Of a stretch of 64,000 nucleotides of DNA, positions 16,452-24,814 are shown one piece after another. The stretch comes from an uncultured Syntrophaceae bacterium (GTDB lineage: Bacteria; Desulfobacterota; Syntrophia; Syntrophales; UBA2210): assembly GCA_964540715.1 (NCBI GenBank), contig CAZINZ010000003.1, forward strand, positions 6,751 to 70,750, written 5' to 3'. Both the position numbers and the translations under genes were made by a program. The notes below the pieces were generated by a model that ran no database searches, was not told where the DNA came from, and was given only the letters and a program-made list of their open reading frames with translations. Every line of letters begins with the position of its first letter. The stretch's first letter is position 1.

Positions 16452-17422
16452 TGATCAGACTCGATATGAACGAAAATCCTTATGAACCACCTGAAAATGT
16501 GTTGGATGCTGTGGCGAAGGGGATAAGGAATGTAAATAGATATTCTGAATTGAAATATCTGAGCGAATTGCAAAAGCTCATTGGGAGCTACAGCACGGTA
16601 TCCCCGGATCGGGTAATTGTAAGTCCCGGCTCTGATTTTCTTTTACGAGAGGTAATCAATGTCTTTTCAAAAGACAGAAAAATTATTGTGGTTAACCCCT
16701 CATTTCTCCCGGCTTTAGAAAATGCCAAAGTGTTTTCAAGAAAATTGATAAAATATCAACTCGTTCCTCCGGAATTTAAATTGAACCCTGAAATAATTTT
16801 AGGTGAACTTGATGAACCGACACTCATAATAATTGACAATCCTAACAACCCCACAGGAAAAATTCTTTTGGACGAAAACCTGGTTGAAAATATCCTTCAG
16901 AGTGAGAACGCGTTACTCCTGATAAATGAAGCATATTATGAATTTTCTGGATTTACTTTTGCCAATTTCGTTGAAAAATATCCCAATGTAGCGATAACAA
17001 GAACTATGGATAAAGCATTCTCTCTTGCCGGGCTCAGGCTTGGATATCTTCTTGCGGGAGATTATTTCAAGCTTGGACTATCTGATTTCCCGAAGTTTTT
17101 ATCCGGGCCGACTATATTTGCAGCGATTGAAACCTTAAAAAATCCGGGATATGTAACTCAAAACATCAGAAAGATTACTGATGAAAGAAAACGATTGGAA
17201 AGAGAACTCGAAAAGACAGGAATTGAAGTATTTCCAACCAATACAAATTTTCTTCTCATAAAAAGTGCTATTCCTGATTTTGCAAAGATATTAATAGACT
17301 CAGGAATAATGATAACGGATTTATCCGGGGAATGGTTAAATGACTTTTATACAATTTCCATAGGTCTTCCTGAAGAGAATAATGCCCTTTTAACAGCGAT
17401 AAATAATGTTATAACTAATTAG
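16448..17422 (+). CDS. Class I/II PLP-dependent aminotransferase, histidinol-phosphate aminotransferase-like
   Basis: 324 aa with HisC-like LDMNENPYEPP, IIDNPNNPTG, and a PLP-lysine context (TMDKAFSLAGLRLGY). Confidence 0.85.
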   Translation: MMIRLDMNENPYEPPENVLDAVAKGIRNVNRYSELKYLSELQKLIGSYSTVSPDRVIVSPGSDFLLREVINVFSKDRKIIVVNPSFLPALENAKVFSRKLIKYQLVPPEFKLNPEIILGELDEPTLIIIDNPNNPTGKILLDENLVENILQSENALLLINEAYYEFSGFTFANFVEKYPNVAITRTMDKAFSLAGLRLGYLLAGDYFKLGLSDFPKFLSGPTIFAAIETLKNPGYVTQNIRKITDERKRLERELEKTGIEVFPTNTNFLLIKSAIPDFAKILIDSGIMITDLSGEWLNDFYTISIGLPEENNALLTAINNVITN

Positions 17423-17587
17423 AATTTATCTATAAATTAAAAAGGACACACTTATCTGAAACGCGTATAAAATAAGGAGACTGCCGATACCGGCAATTCC
17501 GGGCGGAATTCAGGAAACGCAATACTTAAATAATGAGGACAAATATTCCAAGCAGCAGGTGACTGCTGACATATTGAAGGAACGGTA

Positions 17588-19009
17588 ATGAAGAAAAAGG
17601 AATTACAAGAACTTGTCAAACAAGGCGAGGGATATTTCGTTGAGTTCAAAAAGCAGGTTGGGGAAAGCCTCGACAGGGAATTGGTTGCCTTTGCCAATGC
17701 ATCTGGGGGAACGATTATCGTAGGAGTCGAGGATGATGGCAGCATTACAGACTGCTCCATTGACAATGCAACACGTTCAAAAGTCCAGGATATTGCCAAT
17801 AACTGCGATCCCCGGATAAAGATACATATCAAGACGGTGCGGCATGAGGGCATAAAATTGCTCGTTATTTCGATTGATGAAAGTCGTGACAAGCCGGTAC
17901 GTTGCTCAAAGGGATTTTTCCTGAGAGAGGGACCTAATTCTCAAAAGTTGACGAGGAATGAAATATTATCCCTTGCCGCAGATGCGGGAAAATTCAAATT
18001 CGATATGCAGGTCTGTAAAGGCTTTGATTATCCAGGAGAATTTGATGATACCGGGTGGCATCGCTTTTTATCTGAAACGGCAATTGCGCCGCCTGAGAAC
18101 AAGGAAGATTTACTGATGAATTTGGGCTTTGCCGAAGAGAAGGAAGGAGTTCAGATTACAAATGCCGGAGCGCTTTTTTTCGGAAAAAATGTTGAATTCT
18201 ATATTCGCCATAGCTTTGTTACCTGCGTACTTTTCAAGGGCACCACAAAAACCAAGATACTCGACCGAAAGGATTTCAAGTCTGACCTACTTTCCAACTA
18301 TGAAAATGCCTTTCGTTTTCTGCAGCAACACCTCAAAATTGAATATATAATTGAAGACGGTGGACCTCGGAAGGAAGTCCCCGAAATTCCCCTGGAAGTT
18401 TTACGGGAAGCGCTTGTAAATGCGATTGTTCATAGAGATTACTTTGAAGAAGGGGCGGGTATCCTTGTTGAAGTTTATGATGATCGTGTTGAAATAACAA
18501 ATCCCGGCCGACTTCTCTTCGACAGCAGTAAATTCGGGAAACTGAGTGTGGCGCGGAATCCTATATTATTCGATGCCTTTCATAGACTTGGAATAACGGA
18601 AAAGATCGGGTCCGGTATCAACAGGATGCGGGAGGCTATGGCTGAAAGAGGAATTGAAATTGCGTTTGATACCGGGGATTTCTTTATTCTCACTCTGGCA
18701 AGACAGACAGCTACTCCGCAAGTCACCGACCAAGTCACCGACCAAGTCACCGACCAAGTCACCGACCAAGTAAGAAAACTGTTGAGGACATTGAAAACAG
18801 GGGAGAAAAACGGCAAAAACCTGGTCGAGGAGTTGAAACTTAAACACAAGCCGACATTCAGAACAAATTACCTCAAACCTGCAATTGAAGCCGGCTTGAT
18901 TGAACTGACCATCCCCGAAAAGCCGAGAAGCCGTTTTCAGAAATACCGACTGACAGATAAAGGAAAAGCGATTTATAATCTGGTAAAACAACATGAACCC
19001 CAAGAATGA
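17588..19009 (+). CDS. AlbA_2 (Schlafen-like) + HATPase_c_4 + C-terminal wHTH protein (family often mis-annotated as RecG-like helicase/transcriptional regulator)
   Basis: 473 aa. The N-terminus reads ELVKQGEGYFVEFKKQV..ELVAFANASGGTIIVGVEDDG. The middle has LREALVNAIVHRDY...VEITNPGRLL. A QVTDQV x4 linker follows, and the C-terminus reads NYLKPAIEAGLIELTIPEKPRSRFQKYRLT. Confidence 0.85.
   Translation: MKKKELQELVKQGEGYFVEFKKQVGESLDRELVAFANASGGTIIVGVEDDGSITDCSIDNATRSKVQDIANNCDPRIKIHIKTVRHEGIKLLVISIDESRDKPVRCSKGFFLREGPNSQKLTRNEILSLAADAGKFKFDMQVCKGFDYPGEFDDTGWHRFLSETAIAPPENKEDLLMNLGFAEEKEGVQITNAGALFFGKNVEFYIRHSFVTCVLFKGTTKTKILDRKDFKSDLLSNYENAFRFLQQHLKIEYIIEDGGPRKEVPEIPLEVLREALVNAIVHRDYFEEGAGILVEVYDDRVEITNPGRLLFDSSKFGKLSVARNPILFDAFHRLGITEKIGSGINRMREAMAERGIEIAFDTGDFFILTLARQTATPQVTDQVTDQVTDQVTDQVRKLLRTLKTGEKNGKNLVEELKLKHKPTFRTNYLKPAIEAGLIELTIPEKPRSRFQKYRLTDKGKAIYNLVKQHEPQE
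18719..18771 (+). repeat. Perfect 12-nt tandem repeat (caagtcaccgac) x4.4 inside the CDS
   Basis: Read directly from the sequence. It encodes (QVTD)n. Confidence 0.95.
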
Positions 19010-19322
19010 TTGCACTTAGCCGAATTCCGGTGACAGGATACATAATTGAAAGGCTGTAAGAGATGTTTCAGAGAATTTGAGGAATCTGAGGCTGATACTG
19101 TGGATGTAAGTCCCACAACGGAGCTGGCGGATTATGTAGATTCCCGTTTCCACGGGAATGACAAAGAAGATCGAGGGAACGACAGAAGGGAGACTGATAT
19201 CGGTGTTGAAGATATAAGGTGACCTCTGCCCCGAATGCAGGAAAGAGTTTGGAGTAATAAACCTGCGGGGATTTAGGGAGTAAGGAAAAATACGCGAAGA
19301 TCTCCATCAAGGTATTACTAAT

Positions 19323-19346
19323 AACCATTAACCATTAACCATTAAC
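19323..19346 (+). repeat. Heptamer tandem repeat (aaccatt) x3.4
   Basis: Read directly from the sequence. It ends 20 nt upstream of the radical SAM start codon. Confidence 0.9.
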
Positions 19347-19365
19347 TAACATCCGGTAAGCGATC

Positions 19366-20487
19366 ATGAACAAAAGACAGGGAACAAAAAACGACGAACA
19401 GAGAACTTATTCTCTAAACCAGATCTACTTCTATCTGACCGAAGGTTGCAATCTCAAGTGCCGCCACTGCTGGTTAGCCCCCAAATACCAGACACCCGAT
19501 AACCCATTTCCATCCCTGGACCGGGACCTGTTTCGCTCTATCATCAGACAGGCAAAACCTCTGGGGCTTTCAGGGGTGAAACTGACCGGCGGAGAGCCGC
19601 TTATTCATCCCGATATTCTGGATCTCCTGGAAGTTGTCCGCTCTGAAAAACTCCACCTCACCCTTGAGACAAACGGCGTCGCCTGCACACCTGAACTGGC
19701 TGAAGCGATGAAGGCGACCTGTGATAATCCCTTTGTCTCAGTCAGCATAGATGGTGCCGACGCGGAAACCCACGAGTGGGTCCGGCGTGTGGAGGGCTGT
19801 TTTGACGCCGCCCTGGATGGTGTCCGAAACCTTGTGAACGCGGGATTCGAACCTCAGATTATCATGTCCGTCATGCGCCGTAACATGGATCAGATAGAGC
19901 CGGTTGTCCGGCTTGCTGAAACCCTGGGGGCGGGTTCCGTCAAGTTCAACCTGGTCCAGCCCACGGCAAGGGGAGAAAAGATGCATGAGGCATTGGAGAC
20001 CCTGACTATTGAAGAGCTTGTGGAACTGGGAGAATGGGTGGAAAACACCCTCTCAAAATCAACAGACCTGGGGCTCATTTACAGTCACCCCATGGCCTTC
20101 CGTCCCCTCGGGAAGATGTTTGGCGACAATGGCGACGGGTGCGGTGCCTGCGGAATACTCGGCATAATCGGCGTCATCGCCGACGGCTCCTATGCCATGT
20201 GCGGTATCGGAGAGACCGTCCCCGAGCTGATATACGGGCACGCGGCCACGGACAGACTTGAGGATGTGTGGAATAACACAAAAGTAATCAACGAACTCCG
20301 TGAAGGGCTGCCAAAAAAACTGGAGGGCATCTGCGCCGACTGCATCATGAAGGCGATGTGCGTGGGATGCTGCATCGCCCAGAACTTCTACAGCAGCAAC
20401 AACCTCTGGGCGCCATTCTGGTATTGCGAAGAGGCGAAAAAGAAGGGTCTATTCCCCGAGACCAGATTGCAGCCGCGGGAGGGGTAA
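19366..20487 (+). CDS. Radical SAM enzyme with C-terminal SPASM domain
   Basis: 373 aa. It has a CxxxCxxC motif (EGCNLKCRHCW) and a GGEPL motif. The C-terminal Cys-rich twitch/SPASM region reads CGACG...CG...CADCIMKAMCVGCC. Confidence 0.9.
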   Translation: MNKRQGTKNDEQRTYSLNQIYFYLTEGCNLKCRHCWLAPKYQTPDNPFPSLDRDLFRSIIRQAKPLGLSGVKLTGGEPLIHPDILDLLEVVRSEKLHLTLETNGVACTPELAEAMKATCDNPFVSVSIDGADAETHEWVRRVEGCFDAALDGVRNLVNAGFEPQIIMSVMRRNMDQIEPVVRLAETLGAGSVKFNLVQPTARGEKMHEALETLTIEELVELGEWVENTLSKSTDLGLIYSHPMAFRPLGKMFGDNGDGCGACGILGIIGVIADGSYAMCGIGETVPELIYGHAATDRLEDVWNNTKVINELREGLPKKLEGICADCIMKAMCVGCCIAQNFYSSNNLWAPFWYCEEAKKKGLFPETRLQPREG

Positions 20488-20807
20488 GCTTACGGGTTGC
20501 TCAGTTATTTTCTGTAGAAAGTTACTCCGTTATTCCAATTTATAATTTCCGCATCACCATTTGGAGAGACTTTATCAATGTGGCCGTTTGCAGAACCGGG
20601 CCCCCTGTCACCATTCCATATTACATGCAACTCTCTATCAGGGAGTATTTCCCCCTTCTCTTTTGCAAAGTATATATATTACCACGCATTTCTGATTCCC
20701 TGTGAATAATTATTTCACAGGCGCACCATGCCATGACCGGATCTTCCTTAGGGGTTATAACAAGTGACGAATATGTATTATGCTTTACGGATGAACCTTT
20801 TTGCAGT

Positions 20808-22358
20808 CTATAAAATTTTAAGCTTCCTGGAAGTGTGATCCTTGCCGAGGTAAAAATTAATCCAGGAGGAGGTCTGATAAAGGTCCCAGTTGCAGGGGGG
20901 GACAATGCCGTCATCAAGGTCCGCCTCCTCGCAGTAATGTTTAAGTCTCGCATATGCCTCGACATAGACGCAAAGTTGTTTTTCTGGATAGACTTCACAC
21001 CAGCCGTTATAACTCCCGCCGCAGGCGCCATTGCGCTGGTGCTTCGGGCACCGGGACATGGGGCAAATATAGGCCACGTCGGTCAGGGCACAATCTCCAC
21101 AGTCCCGACAGTCGAAGAGCGCAACCTTGGTCAGGTGTTCCAACTTGTGGAAGACGCCTTCCACCCTTGACCCTTCGACGCTACGGCTGATATCTCTCAT
21201 AAGGCCGTAAAGATTCTTCCCGGGTTTAAACATAATCCGATGGAAAAACCGCGACATACGATAGGAAAACCCGACCCGCGCATCGAGGGGCCGCCCCTGC
21301 CGCTCTGTCGGCACTGCCGCGTTGAGTCCCGTTTCAGGATCCCGCTCATAATAGTAGAATCCACTCTGCTGCGGATAGTCGAAATGGCGGATCATATCCC
21401 GCCAGTTTGGGGTCAGGGCTTCGCCCTCATCTACAATCTGTTCAACCAGGTCATAGCGGATGTTGTGTCCGCCGATATGCACACCGCTGAACCCCATTCC
21501 CTTCATGATCGCGTACATCCGCGCCGCACGCAGGAGCCTTGTCCTTACCCCTTTGTCGGCCGCGTTCCGCTCCTGATCCAGTTCGGCAACGAGTTTGTCG
21601 GTTACAACGCAACCGGGAAGCCGGTTTGCGTTCATAAGCTTTGCCGCTCCGAAGGGGAGAACGTAAATGTTTCCTATCAAGGGAATGTCGGGACAGTTTT
21701 CTCTCAGGAACTGGAGAACTTCATGAAATTTTCGGGCGTCGTAGCCGATCTGCGTCACGACAAACCCAGCCCCGGCAACGATCTTCTTTTTCAGCTTGAA
21801 GTACTGGATCATCTGCTCTGCTTCGGTCACCTTAAAGGGGGAGACAGCAGCGCCCGCGAAAAAATCGCTCGGCTTATGTTGAATTGTCCCTTTAAGACCG
21901 GGATACTCCAATCCCCGGTTCATCTCCCTGACCAGCTCAATTGTATGCACTGGATCGAGATCGAAAACAGGCGCGGGCCTTCCTTGAAAGCCGGTTACTG
22001 GATAATCTCCGCTCATGATCAGTAGATTTCTTACGTTCGCCCGGTCGAGGGCATAGAGCTCGCTTTCCATCTGATTGCGGTTCTTGTCCTTGCAGGTGAA
22101 ATGGACCAGCGGTTCCATGCCGAGTCCCAGGATCTCCTTGCCGAGATAACCGGCAAGCATAGCCGGGTTTCCTCCCGGATTGTCAGTAATCGCGAGAGCA
22201 TGAATCTTACGCCCTGTGGCCGCCTGCTTTGCGGCTTCCAGGACGTTCTCCTGAGCCTTTTCCCTTGCCCCCCTCCCGGGGACCAGTTCCCAGGTAACTG
22301 AAAATCCCGCCGGGTCCGTCAGTGATTCCTTGAACCGGTTTTCCAATTCATTCTCCAT
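20808..22358 (-). CDS. metF: Methylenetetrahydrofolate reductase fused to a MetV-like Cys-rich C-terminal domain
   Basis: 516 aa. The N-terminal ~300 aa are MTHFR-like (TWELVPGRG..., ITDNPGGNP). The C-terminus reads CRDCGDCALTDVAYICPMSRCPKHQRNGACGG, which matches the MTHFR_C type. Confidence 0.85.
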   Translation of the reverse strand: MENELENRFKESLTDPAGFSVTWELVPGRGAREKAQENVLEAAKQAATGRKIHALAITDNPGGNPAMLAGYLGKEILGLGMEPLVHFTCKDKNRNQMESELYALDRANVRNLLIMSGDYPVTGFQGRPAPVFDLDPVHTIELVREMNRGLEYPGLKGTIQHKPSDFFAGAAVSPFKVTEAEQMIQYFKLKKKIVAGAGFVVTQIGYDARKFHEVLQFLRENCPDIPLIGNIYVLPFGAAKLMNANRLPGCVVTDKLVAELDQERNAADKGVRTRLLRAARMYAIMKGMGFSGVHIGGHNIRYDLVEQIVDEGEALTPNWRDMIRHFDYPQQSGFYYYERDPETGLNAAVPTERQGRPLDARVGFSYRMSRFFHRIMFKPGKNLYGLMRDISRSVEGSRVEGVFHKLEHLTKVALFDCRDCGDCALTDVAYICPMSRCPKHQRNGACGGSYNGWCEVYPEKQLCVYVEAYARLKHYCEEADLDDGIVPPCNWDLYQTSSWINFYLGKDHTSRKLKIL

Positions 22359-22402
22359 GTTGTATATTCGCCCCGTCCATGAAACCGTTTTTCACAAGAC
22401 TG

Positions 22403-24115
22403 TTATTTAAAGAAATCATAGAATCTACCTACTATGCCTCCTGTTTTTGGGGAGTCCTGCCCTTTGTCAGAAACTTCTGTACCCGATTCGGTGACAGCTG
22501 ATTTATCCGCTATACCGGTATCGGTATGTCTTGCATCTTTTCCGGGCGCTTCAGGATGCATGAAATTCCCGGTTTTTACCTGTCGAGGCCTTCTTTTCCT
22601 CCGGTTCGACCTGCTGGCGGTCGGCTTGACATCCTCCCCTGGGCTTTGACCAACCGCCTCATTGGCGTCTTCTGTTCTCTTTACCTTCTTGATGTGAAAT
22701 TCGCCCCACAAAAGCACCGGGTCCCCGGAAATATTCACGGATACACCATGAAGAGCCTCCAGTGCGCTGATCTGGCTCCTCTTCTGATTGAGGAGATATC
22801 CGGTCACCTCCGGAGGAAGCGTAACCACGATCTCCGAAGACTGATCTTTTACCGCCTCTGACTTGATCCTCCGGAGCGCACTGAGCGCCAGATATTCCAC
22901 TGATGGTCTCATGCCGCTTCCCTTACAATAGGGGCACACCGAATAACTGATCTCCTGTATTGTTGACTGTTTCTTCTGACGAGACAGTTCCAGCATACCA
23001 AACCGGGATATCTTCGCCAGCTGTATCCTGGATCTGTCAACCTTCAGCGCGTCTCTGAAGGTTTTTTCCACCTGAGAAATGTGATTCTTGTCCATCATGT
23101 CAATGAAGTCGACCACGATGAGGCCACCAAGATCCCTTAAGCGGAGCTGCCTCGCTATCTCTTCAGCCGCTTCCATGTTCGTTTTGTAGGCGGTCTCTTC
23201 CACGTCCCGTTTCTTCAAACGGCCCGAGTTCACATCAATGGTTATCCCCGCCTCCGTGGGCTCTATGACAATGGACCCACCCGACTTCATGTTGACGCGC
23301 GACTGATATATCTCGTTGATCTGATCCTCAATATCATACTGACCGAACAGCGGCGTCTCTTCCCTGTGGAACTTTATCATCCTCACGTGGCGCGGTGAAA
23401 CTGTCTTGCAGTAGTCTCTCATCTTCCTCGCGGTTTCGGGATCATCAACCAGTATCTCTTTGATATCAGACGTATAATAATCCCTGAACGCCCGAATGGC
23501 GAAATCGGTTTCCTGGTATATCAATCCGGGCCCAGTCGTCTTTTCGGACTTTTCCTTCATGTCCTTCCACAGCCTTACCAGCATCTGGTAATCACGAATC
23601 AGCTCCGGCTTCGTTCTGTTCATGCCGGCGGTGCGGACGATAAAACCCATGTCATCTTTTTCGGAAATCTGCCCCATCAACCCCTTGAGTCTTTTCCTGT
23701 CCGCTTCACTTTCTATCTTGCGGGAAATTCCGCCGCTTCCCTTTCTGTTGGGCATAAGGACAAGGTACCGGCCAGGAAGTGAAATGTGCGTGGTCAGCAT
23801 GGCGCCTTTTGAACCCTTCTCTTCCCTTACGACCTGGACAGGCAACCTCTTCCCTACCAGCAATTTTCTATCTTCATTGAAATATTCCTGCGCCACATCA
23901 CGCAACGGCAGGAAGCCGCTTTTGCCGGCGCCATAATCCACAAAGGCCGCTCTCAGTCCCTGCTGCACATTTTGCACAGTGGCATTGTATATATTACCGG
24001 CTGTCGGTTCTCTGACAGGCATCCTTACGTTGTACTCAACCAGATTGCCGTCTTCAACAACGGCCATCCGACTTTCCTCTTCATCTATCGTATTTATAAG
24101 CATTTTTTTAGTCAT
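22403..24115 (-). CDS. rng: Ribonuclease E/G family endoribonuclease
   Basis: 570 aa. It has an S1 domain (GNIYNATVQNVQQGLRAAFVDYG), a catalytic core (GGLIVVDFIDM) and a Zn-link (CPYCKGSG), followed by a basic low-complexity tail. Confidence 0.9.
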   Translation of the reverse strand: MTKKMLINTIDEEESRMAVVEDGNLVEYNVRMPVREPTAGNIYNATVQNVQQGLRAAFVDYGAGKSGFLPLRDVAQEYFNEDRKLLVGKRLPVQVVREEKGSKGAMLTTHISLPGRYLVLMPNRKGSGGISRKIESEADRKRLKGLMGQISEKDDMGFIVRTAGMNRTKPELIRDYQMLVRLWKDMKEKSEKTTGPGLIYQETDFAIRAFRDYYTSDIKEILVDDPETARKMRDYCKTVSPRHVRMIKFHREETPLFGQYDIEDQINEIYQSRVNMKSGGSIVIEPTEAGITIDVNSGRLKKRDVEETAYKTNMEAAEEIARQLRLRDLGGLIVVDFIDMMDKNHISQVEKTFRDALKVDRSRIQLAKISRFGMLELSRQKKQSTIQEISYSVCPYCKGSGMRPSVEYLALSALRRIKSEAVKDQSSEIVVTLPPEVTGYLLNQKRSQISALEALHGVSVNISGDPVLLWGEFHIKKVKRTEDANEAVGQSPGEDVKPTASRSNRRKRRPRQVKTGNFMHPEAPGKDARHTDTGIADKSAVTESGTEVSDKGQDSPKTGGIVGRFYDFFK

Positions 24116-24202
24116 TATAATCCTCTTTCGTAACTACTCGGGTTCAGGGTTCTGAGCTCAACTGCGAACCGTCTCAAGATGTGAACTGTTTTCATACACA
24201 TG

Positions 24203-24808
24203 TCAAAATACGTCCGCGTCGCCCTTCCCTTCCCTCACTATTTCCGGGGTGTCGTTTGCAAGGTTCACTATCGTTGACAGTTCAGGAGAAAGGACTCCTC
24301 CATCGATAATAATGTCTATGCAATGTCCCAATTCTTTTTCAATTTTGTCTGGATCTGTTATTATTTCATCTTCGAGCGATTTAACTGTGGTGCTGATTAT
24401 CGGGCCACCGAATTCTCTGACAAGGGAGAGGCAGATCTCGTTGTCCGGAATCCTTATGCCCACCTCTTTTCTCTTCGGCAACAGTATCTTGGGAACGAGT
24501 CTGGATGCACCCAATATAAAGGTATAGGGACCGGGCAATAAACGTTTCAGAATTTTGTACGCATAATTTGTCACCACTGCGTAGTTGCTTATATCACCGA
24601 GATCGGAACAGATAAAGCTGAAAGGCTGCTTTTTACTCCTCTTCTTTATCTCATAAATCTTCTCGATGCCCCGTTTATTGAACAGGTCGCATCCCATTCC
24701 ATAAGCCGTATCCGTGGGATAAACCACAATCCCGCCGTTATCCAGTGTCCGGGCCGCCCTGTTTATAAGCCGCATCTGGGGATTTTCATTATTTATCTTC
24801 AGCAACAT
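24203..24808 (-). CDS. tsaC: L-threonylcarbamoyladenylate synthase (YrdC/TsaC/Sua5 family)
   Basis: 201 aa with YrdC-domain motifs (VYPTDTAYGMGCD, KRSKKQPFSFI, LPGPYTFIL). Confidence 0.85.
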   Translation of the reverse strand: MLLKINNENPQMRLINRAARTLDNGGIVVYPTDTAYGMGCDLFNKRGIEKIYEIKKRSKKQPFSFICSDLGDISNYAVVTNYAYKILKRLLPGPYTFILGASRLVPKILLPKRKEVGIRIPDNEICLSLVREFGGPIISTTVKSLEDEIITDPDKIEKELGHCIDIIIDGGVLSPELSTIVNLANDTPEIVREGKGDADVF

Positions 24809-24814
24809 AAATCT

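Noticed and set aside
18719-18771. Possible CRISPR-like arrays: the 12-nt x4 repeat here, the heptamer arrays (19323, 27955, 31945, 57236) and the 162-nt LysM repeats.
   Set aside because: All are head-to-tail tandem repeats without unique spacers. Repeat lengths (7, 12 and 162 nt) and coding context are incompatible with CRISPR, and there are no cas genes.
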